From the NCBI GenBank assembly GCA_022813865.1, contig JALDZX010000040.1, positions 124,001-188,000 on the forward strand: a DNA stretch of 64,000 bases, read 5' to 3'. The notes under the pieces are model-generated. The model saw only the letters and a list, made by a program, of their open reading frames with translations, did no database searches and was not told the DNA's origin. Origin of the DNA: Xylographa opegraphella. Lineage: Eukaryota. This document shows, one piece after another, positions 12,848-25,536 of the stretch. Each line of letters opens with the position of its first letter. The stretch's first letter is position 1. The position numbers and the translations under genes are program-made.

Positions 12848-13167
12848 GTTGCGGTACATCCGCTACAAAATGAACGTTCTATGCTTGCAGAACATGAAAC
12901 GGAACTATTGCAGTCGCTCGACATGTGCATGCCCGAGGCCGCGCCCAAAGGTTGTGTAAAGTTGAAGCTCGAAAGAAGCTCTTCCCCACATTCATGAAAT
13001 TTTGTGCCCCACCATCACTTCTCCTTCAGCAATGTCAAACACTGGCTGAACGCCTGGCTCATTCTCGGGCTCTTTTCCATGCCTATATCACCATGATACT
13101 CCGCGCAGTCTCATACCATTCCCCAAGGTATCACCAGCGGTAGCCCCGGTTCTTTTGGTGACCCAGC

Positions 13168-14057
13168 ATGTCACGAGGTCGTGGAGGAGGGCGTGGCCGT
13201 GGGCCCCCTGGAACTGCTCGTATTGCAGGTGTCGATATCCCAATCGATCAGGATCTGCAGCTCAATGATCGACCACAGCCCACGGCGCTCTATCCAGTGA
13301 GTGCATAGAGATTCTCCTTGGTAAGGAAGCAGCTTCTTCGTACATGAAGTACTGAAACTCGCCAGGCGTATAAAATCCTTCCTCCGAGACCACTCACCAA
13401 GAATGAACGACTACAAGTGGCAAGGTTCAGGTCATTACGTGATCGAATCCACGAAGGACCTCTTTATACGGTGTTGGGCGACAATGTTCGAATAAGCAAG
13501 ACAGAAGGCAGAGCAAATACTGCAGCGGCGCAGTTTAACCCCTTCGAAGGCATGCCAACTTACAGCCAACGTTACGCTCGAAAGCGAAGGAAAATTCCTA
13601 AGCTAGATACAAGGCCCTACGGTACGTGGCCAGAGATTACGACCCGGGAGACTGCAACTGACTAAGAATAGTGCTCAAGTACTTCCCCAAGGAGCTCTGG
13701 TCCACTCTTGACCCTTCTCATTCGGCGACCAATGGTGCGGAAGGAATGTCGAAACCTAAGAAGCTCCTTATCGCTCCTTCAAAACGCATTAATGGCCTAA
13801 GTGCTTTCGACCGTGAACTGTCAGGCGAACCGGGACAGTCAACCCGTGCAGGGAATGGTGAAGACGACGAAGATGGGGCCGAGCCCGCGGACGACGATGA
13901 AGCGCCACCCGAGGAGGAGCTCGATGATGAGTACACCAGCGACGAAGATGACATGGCTGGAGACTACAATGCAGAGCAGTATTTCGACGATGGCGGCGAT
14001 GATGCGGGAGACGACTACGATGCTGGGGAGGCGGATGGTAATGAATACGGAGATTGA
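13168..14057 (+). CDS. RPC31: RNA polymerase III subunit C31 (Rpc31/RPC7)
   Basis: MSRGRGGGRG start, PTALYP, RIHEGPLYTVL, PTYSQRY, FPKELW and an acidic tail with DYNAEQYFDDG. Two introns. Confidence 0.88.
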
Positions 14058-14128
14058 AGCACGCAGGTAATCAATACAGCCACTTCGGACACGTAGGAAG
14101 ACAGTATCTGAATTTCATACCCTTGGCT

Positions 14129-14965
14129 TCAATCTATGTATAGATCTAATAGCCTCTTGCTCAACGTCTCTTTCCAGTGCATCTTCAAATGATCTGGCCC
14201 AATGCTCTTCTGTGCAACATGTGCAATGTGCTCTGACGCCCTGTCGATCTGCGCCTCCATGGGCTCCACCTTCACAGCTTCCGACTTGACTGAAGCATCT
14301 CCGTGGACGTGATTTGCTGCATCAGCCCAATCCGTTCTACACAGCAGATACTCCACCAACCGCCCCGCCTCCTTCTTCGTCAAGCCATCCAGCTTCTCCC
14401 CATGTGCCTTCCGCGCCTTTTTGCCACTACCTCCTCGCAACACCGGTTTTTCCCCGTGAATGACCTCCAGGTCCGCTTTGCCCAATCGACCGGCCTTCCG
14501 TTTCTTCCTTCGCAGCTTCTCTTTATCGTCGACACCCTTCGTTCCGACACGTCTCCTCAGCATCTTTTTCCCACCATCCCCGCTGTTCAGGTACTCGTCG
14601 CTGTCGCTTTCGTCCTCGCTTAGGATGTCGGACACTCTGAGTCTCCGTTTCTTGCCCTTCGTTGTGTGGTCGTCCGTGGCTTCGTCGCTTCCGCTGCTGC
14701 CGGCGCTTTCCACTAGGTACTCTGTGAAGGATGACCATTTTGCGGAGAGGTTATAGTGGGCGCCGTACGCAGCTTGACGGGCTGGGTGACGGCGGGATGA
14801 AGCTGACGTTCTGGCGGGAGCTGTGATTGGCACGATGGTACGGGGCTGGAAGGGAATGAGAGATTGGTCAAGCTTAGTCTGAAACGGTGTAGATGCAGGA
14901 GTGGACACGAAGGTGTTAGGAGTATCCACTGGATGGTTCTGAACAACGGCATTGACGACGACCAT
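14129..14965 (-). CDS. Hypothetical nuclear protein with basic tracts and a possible Myb/SANT-like C-terminus
   Basis: 278-aa ORF with NLS-like KKRRLR and RRKKRK. C-terminus reads GLTKKEAGRLVEYLLCRTDWADAANHV...HLKMHWKETL. Confidence 0.6.
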   Translation of the reverse strand: MVVVNAVVQNHPVDTPNTFVSTPASTPFQTKLDQSLIPFQPRTIVPITAPARTSASSRRHPARQAAYGAHYNLSAKWSSFTEYLVESAGSSGSDEATDDHTTKGKKRRLRVSDILSEDESDSDEYLNSGDGGKKMLRRRVGTKGVDDKEKLRRKKRKAGRLGKADLEVIHGEKPVLRGGSGKKARKAHGEKLDGLTKKEAGRLVEYLLCRTDWADAANHVHGDASVKSEAVKVEPMEAQIDRASEHIAHVAQKSIGPDHLKMHWKETLSKRLLDLYID

Positions 14966-15651
14966 TTCAGTTTACGGACAGATAAATCGTTTCAATAATC
15001 AAGATGTGAACGTAAAAGTGTTGTCGTAATGTTATTGGTATCACAAAATTAAGTAACATATGAAGAACTATGCTAAGGCCTCTTCAAATCTCCTCCATGA
15101 TCAACACAGAAAACAAAGAACGTGGCGATGCACGTGGGACAAATGATTGTCGGAGTGGTGCAGAATTTTGTTGGACATGAGCAATCACAAAGTCGTCAAA
15201 AGGCAAATAAGATATTAGGTTGGACGAAATAGAAAGGACAATGTCTCCTATACATCGCGTGCCATCCTCACCTATGAGATAGACGGCAACATCAACGCAA
15301 AAGGGTTGATTGATCTACCATCATCTGTAGACGTTCTGACTGTAGGTTTGAAGTGCAGAACGTATATGCTCAGATGGTTCCACTTTGGATCTCATATCAA
15401 CTCAAGTTAGAGTACAGGTACTTATGTTTAAACCGATAAAGCTTTGAATTGTTCCGAAGATATGGCTGAGCATTTGTCAGCTCCTTAACGTACTGGATAC
15501 AACCATGATGTTGTCTGCTGTAAATACAAAGTGCACTGATCTGCGCTTCTTCAGATGTACGATTGTCGTACATGATGCCCACTCGTCACCATAGATCACC
15601 TGCAAGTGCTGCACAACGCCTCGTTATTTGGCAGAAAACAACGTTGTCCAT

Positions 15652-16288
15652 TCAATCTGAAGATTCATCGTCATCCTCAGCTTTGAAAATTTTGTCGACC
15701 TCCGCTTGTAAAATACTCTTCAGAGCCTTTCGGTATGTAATAGCGGTCCGATTACTGGCCACGTATTCCTGCACCTCGTCCCAATCCACTTGGCGCAGCA
15801 CCGCTTCGCAAGTACGCTTAAGCTCATCTGCTGAGAAATCTAACGGTTTTGGAGCAGGTGTCTGGTAGACAATCGAGAAACTCGGCACTGTACTTCGTCG
15901 TCGGAGGGGTGCTTGGATGTGCGATTGAGTTTGTGGGTCAGTGTGGTGTCGTTTGATAGACGCTGGACAAGATGTAGTCTCTTCGAAAGCTTGGACGGCT
16001 GATCTCTTCGCAGATTTCGATGGTGTTGGGTCTGGTGTCGGTGGATACTGCAATTGAGAACAGTAGCGGTTGCGGGGAGTTGAGAAATCGAGGCGATGAG
16101 CAGCGGGCTTCCTTGGTGTCCTTGGATATATGGACGTGCATGATCGAGTCTTTGAGGAGAGGGCTTGAGTTTCTTCCTCGTTGCTCTGGTGTTGAGTGTC
16201 AGAAGGTAATTTCAATGTACAAATTCGAGAAAAATACCAGAACTGATTTTCTCTCCAAACCCGCATTGCATACGGACTCGTCCTTCAT
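15652..16288 (-). CDS. Hypothetical protein with possible Myb/SANT-like C-terminus
   Basis: Exon 1 ATG at 16288 (MKDES), then intron 16186..16273 (GTATGC...CTGAC...CAG) in phase with the ORF. C-terminus reads FSADELKRTCEAVLRQVDWDEVQEYVASNRTAITYRKAL. Confidence 0.6.
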
Positions 16289-17131
16289 CTTATAGCTTGT
16301 CAGTTCACACAGCAAATGATGAATGGTTATGGATTGCTGGCAAAATCCATAAAGACCTTGATGGACGTTCGTGCTGGGAGAAAATGAAAAGGGGTAATGT
16401 GTTATGTAGAGCCAGCATTGCAGTCTAAATGCAGATCGTGAGATATTCACAATTGCACGAAGTGAGCATCCCTACTCAACACGCGTAGGCGAGCGCGTCC
16501 CAGCCACCGATACCAAGAGGGTCCTTGATGCGGCATTGTCTGATCGGCCATTAGGGCAAAGTACCATCGCTTGTGCATTTCAACACTTCAATGAATGCTG
16601 TGGAATAATCCACATCATTATTGAGACGTAAAGAATTTTTCAAGTTTGCATCATTCACTTCGTGATTCCTTCAAGCGCCGAGGCGCTCGACGCGACACCC
16701 AGACTCTAAGAACCGGTGGTCGTGTGTACATTACTGCACGCTATGCTACTATATACACTTCATGAACTTCTGGGCAATCTGATCTTTGAAAATATGTACA
16801 AAAAGACATGGCGACCGCAAACTGACTATAAACCCCATCATTGCAAGCTGCTACATATAATCCAGCAGGGCCTGCAAATAAGAACAACTGCAATGTCCTG
16901 TGTACCAAATAACACACAGACAGACTGCTTCACTGAGTTTTAATTATGTTCAAAGTACTTTAACACAATTAACGTTAATGAAAGTGAAGTTTATTTTTTT
17001 CAAAAGTGTTGATAGTAGTACGATGTGAATATGCATGCGCGGGGGCCCGCAGGGTCATTTCTTATTTCTTTTCACTATATCTTTCTGTCGTTTTTTGGTA
17101 TGAACTTGAGCAATACAAAGTCGTTTTGAAC

Positions 17132-17936
17132 ATGGTTACTACCATGTTACCTGTTGAAGTCGAGATGGAACGGACGGCCGCCACAGCAGCATCTGGCAGC
17201 ACCGTAAGACCTCCCGTGAAGTTATTGATGAAAGTGTCACTGACTGCAGTCTGATTACCAGTCAGCAGACCTGAGTACTGAACGGTCCCCCCCACCAGAA
17301 ATCATCTCTGTTCGCAAGATCAAGCATGATGCACCCAAAGAGCCTGCTGCAAAACGCCAACGAACCGAAGAGAACCATAACGTCGTTTCCGAGACTGCAT
17401 CTTTGAGCATCCCTTCCCCTGCGATACAGACATCCGAAGAGCCGAAGAAGCGTTGGACAGCACTGGGGTGGCATGCAAAGCAGTATTTTGCGCTCGCAAA
17501 TGCCGCTTGGGACAACTTCCCCCTTCTCGAGTTTCAGCAAACGCACCAAAAGACAAGACAAGAGATATGGGACGTGTTCATGGGGGTCATCAGGATTCCT
17601 TTGTTGCAGTTTTCAGGGAGAGGGTCTGGTGTACCAAGAGGCGGCCTTGGGGAAGCTCGAATGAAAGAGATGAGATCGTTAGAGAAAGAAGGAAAGATCA
17701 ATATCCGAGAAGAGGACGAACGCCAGAGGAAAGCAGATGCGGAAGACGAGAGGATGGATAAGCACGCCGGGCCGGATGGCTTGTTGTGCAAGAATTGCAA
17801 GATCAAATGTACACGCAGGCCTGCCACCATCGCAGAAGCTCAGGAAGATGTTAGGGCAGCCATTGAGGAATTCAACAGGCGCTCGGGTGTATTGGAGAGA
17901 ATGAAGGAGAAAGCAGCTCGTGAAAACGCGGAGTGA
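17132..17936 (+). CDS. Hypothetical protein with a small Cys cluster (LCKNCKIKC)
   Basis: Exon 1 from ATG 17132 or 17144, intron 17204..17261 (GTAAGA...CTGAC...CAG), continuing in frame into ORF 17403..17936. Confidence 0.6.
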
Positions 17937-18935
17937 TGCTCCAATGATGGACCGTATTTGTGTAGCAAGCAAGGGATGATAGGCTACTGCGATGGTTCTT
18001 GTGAAGAAGGTGGCGTGGTCGATCCCGAATATGCGATAGTGAGGTAACCCTGGTATCTGAGGTACGGTTTATTGAGAATCATCTTAATATACTCGTTTCA
18101 AACCCATGATTGCCCAATACATTATTGACAAACCGATCGTTTCGATTATTGCTACTGAGTTGTGTGCAGTTGCGACTTGGTGCTAGTCGCGCATATTATC
18201 AACCTCCTCACACGAATACGACCTATAAGCCAAGACACGGATGTCCCTCTGCATCTCGTCTCCAGAAGTGACGTTGGTCCGAGGACCAAGAGCATAGCTT
18301 CCAGTACAGTAAAGATGAGCCCCACGGTGTGCAAGCCTTCGCTCTGCTCCACACTGCATTCCTTTCCAATTAGCCAGCCCAGCGTTCCTCTCATATCTGT
18401 ATTGACATCTCGTCCGTATTTTCTTCTATCTTCGTCTTTCAGAGCAGTACCATTTCATGCTTCGGAGCTCTCGATGCCCTTCGACCGCCGGCTGCGTCAG
18501 TTCATTTGCACATGGGTTATCATGATTGTAGTCCCTAACTTCCGTATCGGTCAAGCGGGGTGGTTGACTACACAAGCCTTCACAAAATTATCTTCAAGCG
18601 AATAACCGGAACAGAAATCTGATGGACAGGGTCGAGATCGATAAAGCATAGATACAGAGTATAGTAAGGGAGTCAAAACTTGGAACCGATGAAGCTGCAG
18701 AGAATGGGAACACTAGAAACAAGAGGTCGTTCGCTGTGTAAGACTTGGCACCGCTGCCTAGAGGACGTCTGGGTTACAGTGTTGGTTGTCAAAACACAAT
18801 ATATTGCTCCAAAGACTGGGTGCGTCTACAACTGATCATCTCACTCTAACAATGAAATACTGCAGCGACGCTCTTCCAGATCCAAAGAGAGATTAATTCC
18901 TCCTCAACGATCCCGCCCGCACACTACTCCGAATC

Positions 18936-21496
18936 TCAAGCCCCGTGTCCCTTTCCAGTCATATCACCCAGAACGCCTTTCGTGATCATGTATAATGCTT
19001 TCCGCGACTCCCACACGGGCCATATGACGCATATAATCATGGACACCCAGCACCACATGAAACTGACCACGCACCAACCCGTAAAGAAGCTCCTTGAAAA
19101 GATGTAGTCCGTCCCGAAAAGGGTGAAGGGCACCAGTATGATAGCAATACATAGAAATGCGACGTTGAACCATACAGCCAGTCGCGTACCACGTTTGACA
19201 AGAGCCGGGTCCATAGGTTCGATGTGCTTGGCCTCCAGGAAATCGACGACGTGGTTTCCAGTCGGTACGACTTTAGCAGGCTCGGAGGATGAAGGCAGGT
19301 CGCCGTTCAGGGTGTTTGAATCGGCTGGTGATGAAATTGGAGGCTTTTCGGTTGAGGACGTAGGGCCAAATGCAGTTTCGACGTCGCCTCCTGTCGACAA
19401 TGGTGCTTCTTTTTCATTGGGAGTATCTGCTACGCCGTTTATTTTGTTGACGCGCGCCACAAATACTGGATCGTCAGAGGTAAACTTGTGAGGTGCTATA
19501 TAGGTGACGACCACAGCAACGAGGGCACCGCCAGCCCAGGAAGTGATGTTACCTGCAACGGCGTTGATTGCATCTCCCTTTATCAATCGTTAGGGACATA
19601 ATAGAATGCCAAAACTTGATGAACTTACGGTAGTTGTGACAGAGATGACTCCACTACGTTTCGATGTAGTCACGAACCATGCGATCATGCCGAAACATAG
19701 TCCCATCCATGGTGCAAGGATAGCAGCCATTGTGCTCATACGAGGCCATAGTAGGATCAATCCATTTGGTATAGAGGCACCTCCCACAATGACCCCAAGC
19801 ACCGTCAACAACCATGTCAAGTTCACATTCACTGCGTTGAGGATGGCACAGAAGGTTGCGAGACCCAGGGCGTATATGACAATCCCCAGATGAGAGATTC
19901 GAACTAGCTCGTTGGATGTTGCCTTGGGTCGAATATAGGTCTTATAGACATCAAAAGTTAGAAGTGAAGAGACGGCAATCAATTCGGCTGAAGTTGACGA
20001 GGTGACGGCCATAAATAAAAGTAATAGCATAAGGCCAGCGCCTCCTTTTCCAAGAAGAGCGATCGCTGTTGCGGGAGACGAGAGACCAGCACCATTCTGA
20101 GCTGCGGTGAGCGGGGACGGATACGTAGGGAACTCGGGAGATGAGGTCAAGGCAGCGCAACCAAGACCCATGATCGTGGCGAAGCTGAATGGAATGCCAT
20201 ACCTAGTAGCACCAGTATTAGCTTCTCCTATGAATGCACAGACACGGAGTTCAACGATCTTTGACAGATTCATTCATCAACGTTGTAAGATGACCGGAGA
20301 ATCCAGGTTCGTCATAAATAACACCTTCCCTCTCAAGAACAAAAAGACTTTGACAATAAATCACGCGAATATCTGGCTGACTTACCAGGCTATACCACCA
20401 AAAAGATAGGCTTTGACCGATGTTTCGGGTCGAGAAGCAATCGCTCTCTGCCAGTAAGCCTGTACGCACCTATTAGTGATATATCAATAGCCAGGGCAGC
20501 ACTAAAGTTTACTTGATCCAGCCAAACAGTGGAGAATCCCGCTACAAGCAAGTCGATAGCGAAGACAAGACCATTAACTGATTTGAAAGTAAGGTAAGAA
20601 CCATCGTAGTTGTCTGCTATCGGCATCTTGGTGGAAGCTTCAAGCAGTAGATCATAGAGCTGAGACGGGCTGGCAGTATTGGTCAGTTTTTCATCACGCT
20701 ACAGGGGCGAATGAAGTACATACCTTCCAACGACAGGAGATTTGGCATACATGGTGAAACCGAATACGAATATCGCCACAAAGAGTATGACTGTGTGCGT
20801 GTAGTCTGCGATAAATGTGCTCCGCAAACCGCCCACAATTACGTAGGCCGCGACAACGATGGGGATGAGATAGCAAGCCGCGTACACGTTCATACCGGTG
20901 AGAGCGCCGACTACAGAACTTCCACCAAGTACAAGACAAGCTCCCACCAGCATGTTTGTGGCAATTCCGTTGAACAAGTAAGTCAAATGGCATATGCGGC
21001 CATGTCTGGCAAGTACAATTTCAGGAAACGTATGAGCACCAGGTGTATTGGCTTTAATCTTGATCGCGATCAATGCGAACAACAGAATCTGAAATGTTCC
21101 CATTGCCCCATACCACATAGGTCCACATATTCCATAGGAATATGCAAAGGTGGAGGATGTTAAGAGCGTACTCGACCACTACGACTGGTTAATCCTGCTC
21201 AATTCCAACCTAGCTTACGGGAGGTACTAACAGTCCAGGAGGACACAATTCCCGCCGCGATCAAACCTGGCTTGACGCTTCTGGAGGCTGTGTTGAATTC
21301 TTCTGATTGTGCAGTGGAATACGCCGTGTATCGATTTTGAAGGTATGTGATACCAAGCATCAGAACCGCAAAGAAGCCCCCGATACCAATAACGAAGCCA
21401 TAGCCGGCACCGCCTGTGGTCCTCGTCAGCCAGATAGGGGTTTGCTCGCATGTATAACAACGCACTTGGAAGGACTTGGATGCCAGTGCTCGACAT
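18936..21496 (-). CDS. DUR3: Urea/polyamine active transporter, sodium:solute symporter family (Dur3/UreA-like), multi-exon
   Basis: Spliced start MSSTGIQVLPSGAGYG, then [58 protein letters not shown] and FMAVTSSTSAELIAVSS. Confidence 0.9.
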
Positions 21497-21749
21497 CTTT
21501 GCAAGCTACAGCTGACAGTAGCTTCACAATATTATGTTAAATGACATACATAGAACGGAATCACGTATTCCAGTGAATGCGATACAAGAAATTCAGAGTG
21601 GAAGGGATACTCCACATCGAGACACTTTATGATACATGGGCACCGCGAGATATGACGAACGCCATGAACGGTAACGACGTTAAGACATGTGCCTCAGCTG
21701 CAGATCGAGGAGCTCGCTGCTGCAGCTAGACATGTTTAGAGAAGGAGAG

Positions 21750-22007
21750 CGATAACGTTCCTGGGCGCGCATACCGATAATGATATGTAATGGAAGGCCG
21801 TCGGATGGCTGCATGGCTGCTAGCTCCATAGCCTAAGATTTAGGGTTTGATAAGGTTGGGTCGTTCCCTGACGTCATTCACAGGTTGCTTGATATCTTTG
21901 ATAGGCCCCATTCTGGTTCGGCACATCTTCAATTGGCCACGACTTAACTTCTTGCTACGCCTGGCCGAGCTCTTCAATCAGTCTGAGACGCTTTTATCCG
22001 GCGATAG
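21750..22007. promoter_or_regulatory. Cluster of HGATAR (AreA/Nit2-type GATA) sites upstream of the DUR3-like gene
   Basis: CGATAA 21750, CGATAA 21775, TGATAA 21848, TGATAG 21899 and CGATAG 22002. This fits nitrogen-catabolite control of a urea transporter. Confidence 0.5.
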
Positions 22008-22197
22008 TGCTGGTTACGAAGCATAACTTGCAGCGGAGATGGCTGGATACGCCTGGATCCTGGGTCGTGCTCCAAAGATGAGGATCTATATGGCAAACAT
22101 TCCGACATGTTAGGTGTGACAGAAGTCGAATCCAAAGCCAACGACCAATCTCTGGTTTGAAACTAGATCATGGAACGGCTGTAACAGATATTCAGCC

Positions 22198-23335
22198 TTA
22201 CTGTCCCCATCCTCCCTGCCGCAGTCTCTCAAAGATTTCCTTATCGGCAGCCTCAAGCCCTGTAACTGTGTTCCCATCTCGACTCGGACCGGGATCATTG
22301 AACGCTTCCACCTTTCGCAGCTTCTTTCCAACCTCCAATATAAATCCTCCTTCGACCTTAGCCATCCTCGTACTGCTTGTACCTGTTGCCGTAGCCGATG
22401 GCGCCTGCACCTCGATCTCCTCTCTCTCCACTAAATTCGTCATCTGTTCAGCCACGAATTTAGGGGTCACCCACTCGTCCTTTTCAGTGACGAGCTTGAG
22501 CTTTTCAGGAGCGTCCGTCCACAGCGGCGTCTTGATGACACCAGGCGCAACGGCTGTAACCCGTATACCGAGCTCCTTATCCAATGGGGCCAGAGAACGC
22601 ACAAACCCGTTGATGGCGTGTTTCGTAGCAATGTACATTGGAGCGACTAGCACCGCCACTTGTCCCGCGACGGAGGAGATGTGAATGATACTGCGAGGAT
22701 TGGCCGGCGACGCCACGAGCCGTTTACTTGCGTCACTGGGATTGAGGAAGTGGGAGATGGCCAGTTGAGTCGTCCGGATGGGGTGGACGAGGTTGATATC
22801 GAGCTCCGCATACCGGGAATGCTCCAGTGAGTCCGTTGAAGGTGGCTTACCTGGTGGATACCAAAAGCTAGACCACAACTATCGGAAATTGCAGTTAGCT
22901 TATCACACAGCAAGCAAAATATCTCCCTAGTATACGAAGAAGCGGTGATACACCCATGAATGCTTAACCTACAGGCTCGTAAACCCCGGCTCCGGGGCAT
23001 ACAATATCTGCGCCTCCAAAACTCCGGTCAGCCACCCTGAACATGTACGCCAAATCCTGCCATTGCCTGACATCTGTCTTCTGGAAAACGGCCTTTGCAG
23101 GTGCCCTGGAGGAGCTCGAATGCTGGGCAACAATCTCTTTGGCTTCTGGACGTAAGGCGAGATCTGCGAACACGACATTACAATGCCTACTCAGAAGGCT
23201 GCTGGCGAAGGCAAGATTGATGCCTGAGGGACCCGTCAAATTCTGCTATACCCTAATCCTCCTGAATTGGTCAAACAGCTTACCTGACCCGGCGCCAGTC
23301 ACGATAGCAGTCTTGCCCGCCAGAGATAATGCCAT
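22198..23335 (-). CDS. Short-chain dehydrogenase/reductase (15-PGDH-like fungal subgroup)
   Basis: MALSLAGKTAIVTGAGSG(intron)INLAFA, DIVCPGAGVYEP, catalytic YIATKH and VAPGVIKTPLW. Confidence 0.9.
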
Positions 23336-23680
23336 GCCTTGAAAGTCTGCCCAGACTATACTGGCGTAACGAGGATGAATTGATATCCTACAAGGGACAT
23401 TGCGCCTGTTACTGCATCCTATGCGCCCAGAGCAAGGGCATTACAGGGCGGGGAAGAAGGGAATGCAGAGGGTTTGGGGCAAAAATTGATTCGTGGAACA
23501 TCCTGGGTGTGTCCACATGGCACTGCGCAAAATCCTTGTGTTCCAACCCGAGGTCTGCACTGTGGTAGTGCTAAATAAGTAGTGGCTGTAATTGTCTAAT
23601 TACACAGTTCAAGCAAATCTGAAGTCATTCAAATTGCCCAAGATCATCATGTCTGGCTAGCCAGCGGACTCCCCATGTCC

Positions 23681-25102
23681 CTACGCCTTCTCAATTTTCT
23701 CCCTCAAGATGCCCTTGAGTGTGATCGCGTCGGCAGCAAACTTCGAGATACCCTCACGCAGCTTCTCGACTGCCATAGCCTCCTCGTTGAAGTCGAAGCG
23801 GAAAAGTGCTTCGTCGTTCAGGTAGGTCTTCTTCTCGATATCCAACGATTGCGCGTCTTTCGCGTTCAATTTCTGCTCAACTTTGTCTTCTGAGTTGTAA
23901 AGCTGTTCGAGGAGATTGGGCTATGAAATCAGAGATTAGTATGGACAACCGCTGGAATCCAAAAAGGAAGAAGACATACAGCAATGGTCAAATAGTCACA
24001 GCCAGCTAACTCTGTTATCTCGCCAATATTTCGGAAGCTGGCGCCCATGACAATCGTCTTGTATCCGTACTTTTTGTAGTAGTTGAAGATGGATTGAACG
24101 CTCTTGACACCAGGATCCTCATGAGGAGCAAAGTCCTTCTTCATAGCCGCTTTGTACCAATCCATGATACGTCCAACGAAAGGAGAAATGAGATAAGCTC
24201 CTGCTTCTGCGCCAGCGATGGCTTGGACCAGGGAGAACATGAGAGTAAGGTTGCAGTTTATACTATACTTTGACTGCAAAATGTGAGCAGCTTTGATACC
24301 TTCCCATGTTGAGGCGATTTTGATGAGGATGCGCTCTTTACCAATACCGATCGATTCATATAACTTAGGGTTGTCAGCATTCATGGTTCACAGGCACACT
24401 TTGGTGGATTCCGACCGACCTCGATGATGTGGAGAGCCTTTTCCACCGATGCGTTAGTGTCGAACGAAAATCTGGCATCTACCTCTGTTGAAACTTTGCC
24501 GGGGATGATGGACAGAATTTCTTTTCCGAACTCCACTAGTAATCGGTCTAATGTTGCGTCCACCTGGTTGTCAAGGTCTTTTCCCTATGGTCTCAGTCAG
24601 CCTCCAACTTCTTCACAATAGTCCTCGAGATTCAGAAGTCCTTAGTGTATTGCAGGAGTACTGACTTGTTTCTTCCCATACTCAATAGCCACATCCATCA
24701 GTCGGGCATATTCTTCCTTCTTTGATGCGGCGAGAATAAGAGATGGGTTGGTCGTGGCATCTTGAGGCTTATACTTTCCGATTGCTAAGAGGAGTCAGAG
24801 CTTGTGTTTGCTTCAGGCAGTGAGGTCGTTGTTGAAGAACGTACTTGCAAAGTCACCTATACAATGCGTTAGCTCAGTGCATCAAGAACAGGACGAGCTT
24901 GTCCAGCAGTCTTACCGGAATCACACACCACAGTCTGTCAGAACACGATCAACGAGTCAGCACCTAGTCAACAAAGGAATAGTCATCAAAAATCTAGCCA
25001 ATGCCTCAACATGCGCCAGATAGCTGATGGCAGTTGGGGTTTTATCAGAAGCAATTCTCTTACCGTGCCAGCGGCTTTGAGTTGTTCCAAAGAGTTTGTC
25101 AT
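23681..25102 (-). CDS. TAL1: Transaldolase
   Basis: Exons 25064..25102, 24916..24934, 24845..24856 and onward give [72 protein letters not shown] and [13 protein letters not shown]. Confidence 0.97.
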
Positions 25103-25536
25103 GATAGCGAGGAGGATTTGACAGATTCGAGGTGTTGTTTGGTCACGTCAGTTGGGTGGGTAATTTATGAATCCTGTTGAGACAATTTTTTTATAGCTGT
25201 TGAGATTGATGGAACGCCTCGGAAGCTGTTTTGCCCCTCCTTGCAAGTTGCGACCCAATGACGAAAATAGCGCTGGGGGAGGGGCAATTCTCTTAGTCAA
25301 TTGCTGCAAGCGGCTGAATAATAAGGCCGCCGGCTCTGTCAAACACAAGAGAGCTGTAATCAGTAAGAGTGACCACCACGTTAGATTAGACAGGAGTGAC
25401 GAAGCAGGATTTGCGTTCTTGAATGGACATAATCTGGCTACTCGACTGTCCAAGCGCATAAGAAGCTTGGAAATGGGACCGGAATGCTTTAGATCAATTC
25501 TTCTTCTGCTCAAGCATACCTATGTAATCTACGATT

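Noticed and set aside
20203..20385. Box C/D snoRNA in the long DUR3 intron
   Set aside because: C-box-like ATGACGA and TGATGA are present on the coding strand, but there is no suitably placed CTGA D box or terminal stem.
21200..22100. TPP riboswitch in or upstream of the DUR3-like transporter (some fungal symporter paralogues have one)
   Set aside because: No CTGAGA...GAACTTGATC...GATAAT...GCGAAAGG aptamer arrangement on the coding strand. GATA sites point to nitrogen control instead.
24935..25063. snoRNA in transaldolase intron 1
   Set aside because: The TGATGA to CTGA span is too short, and the CTGA coincides with branch and acceptor signals.
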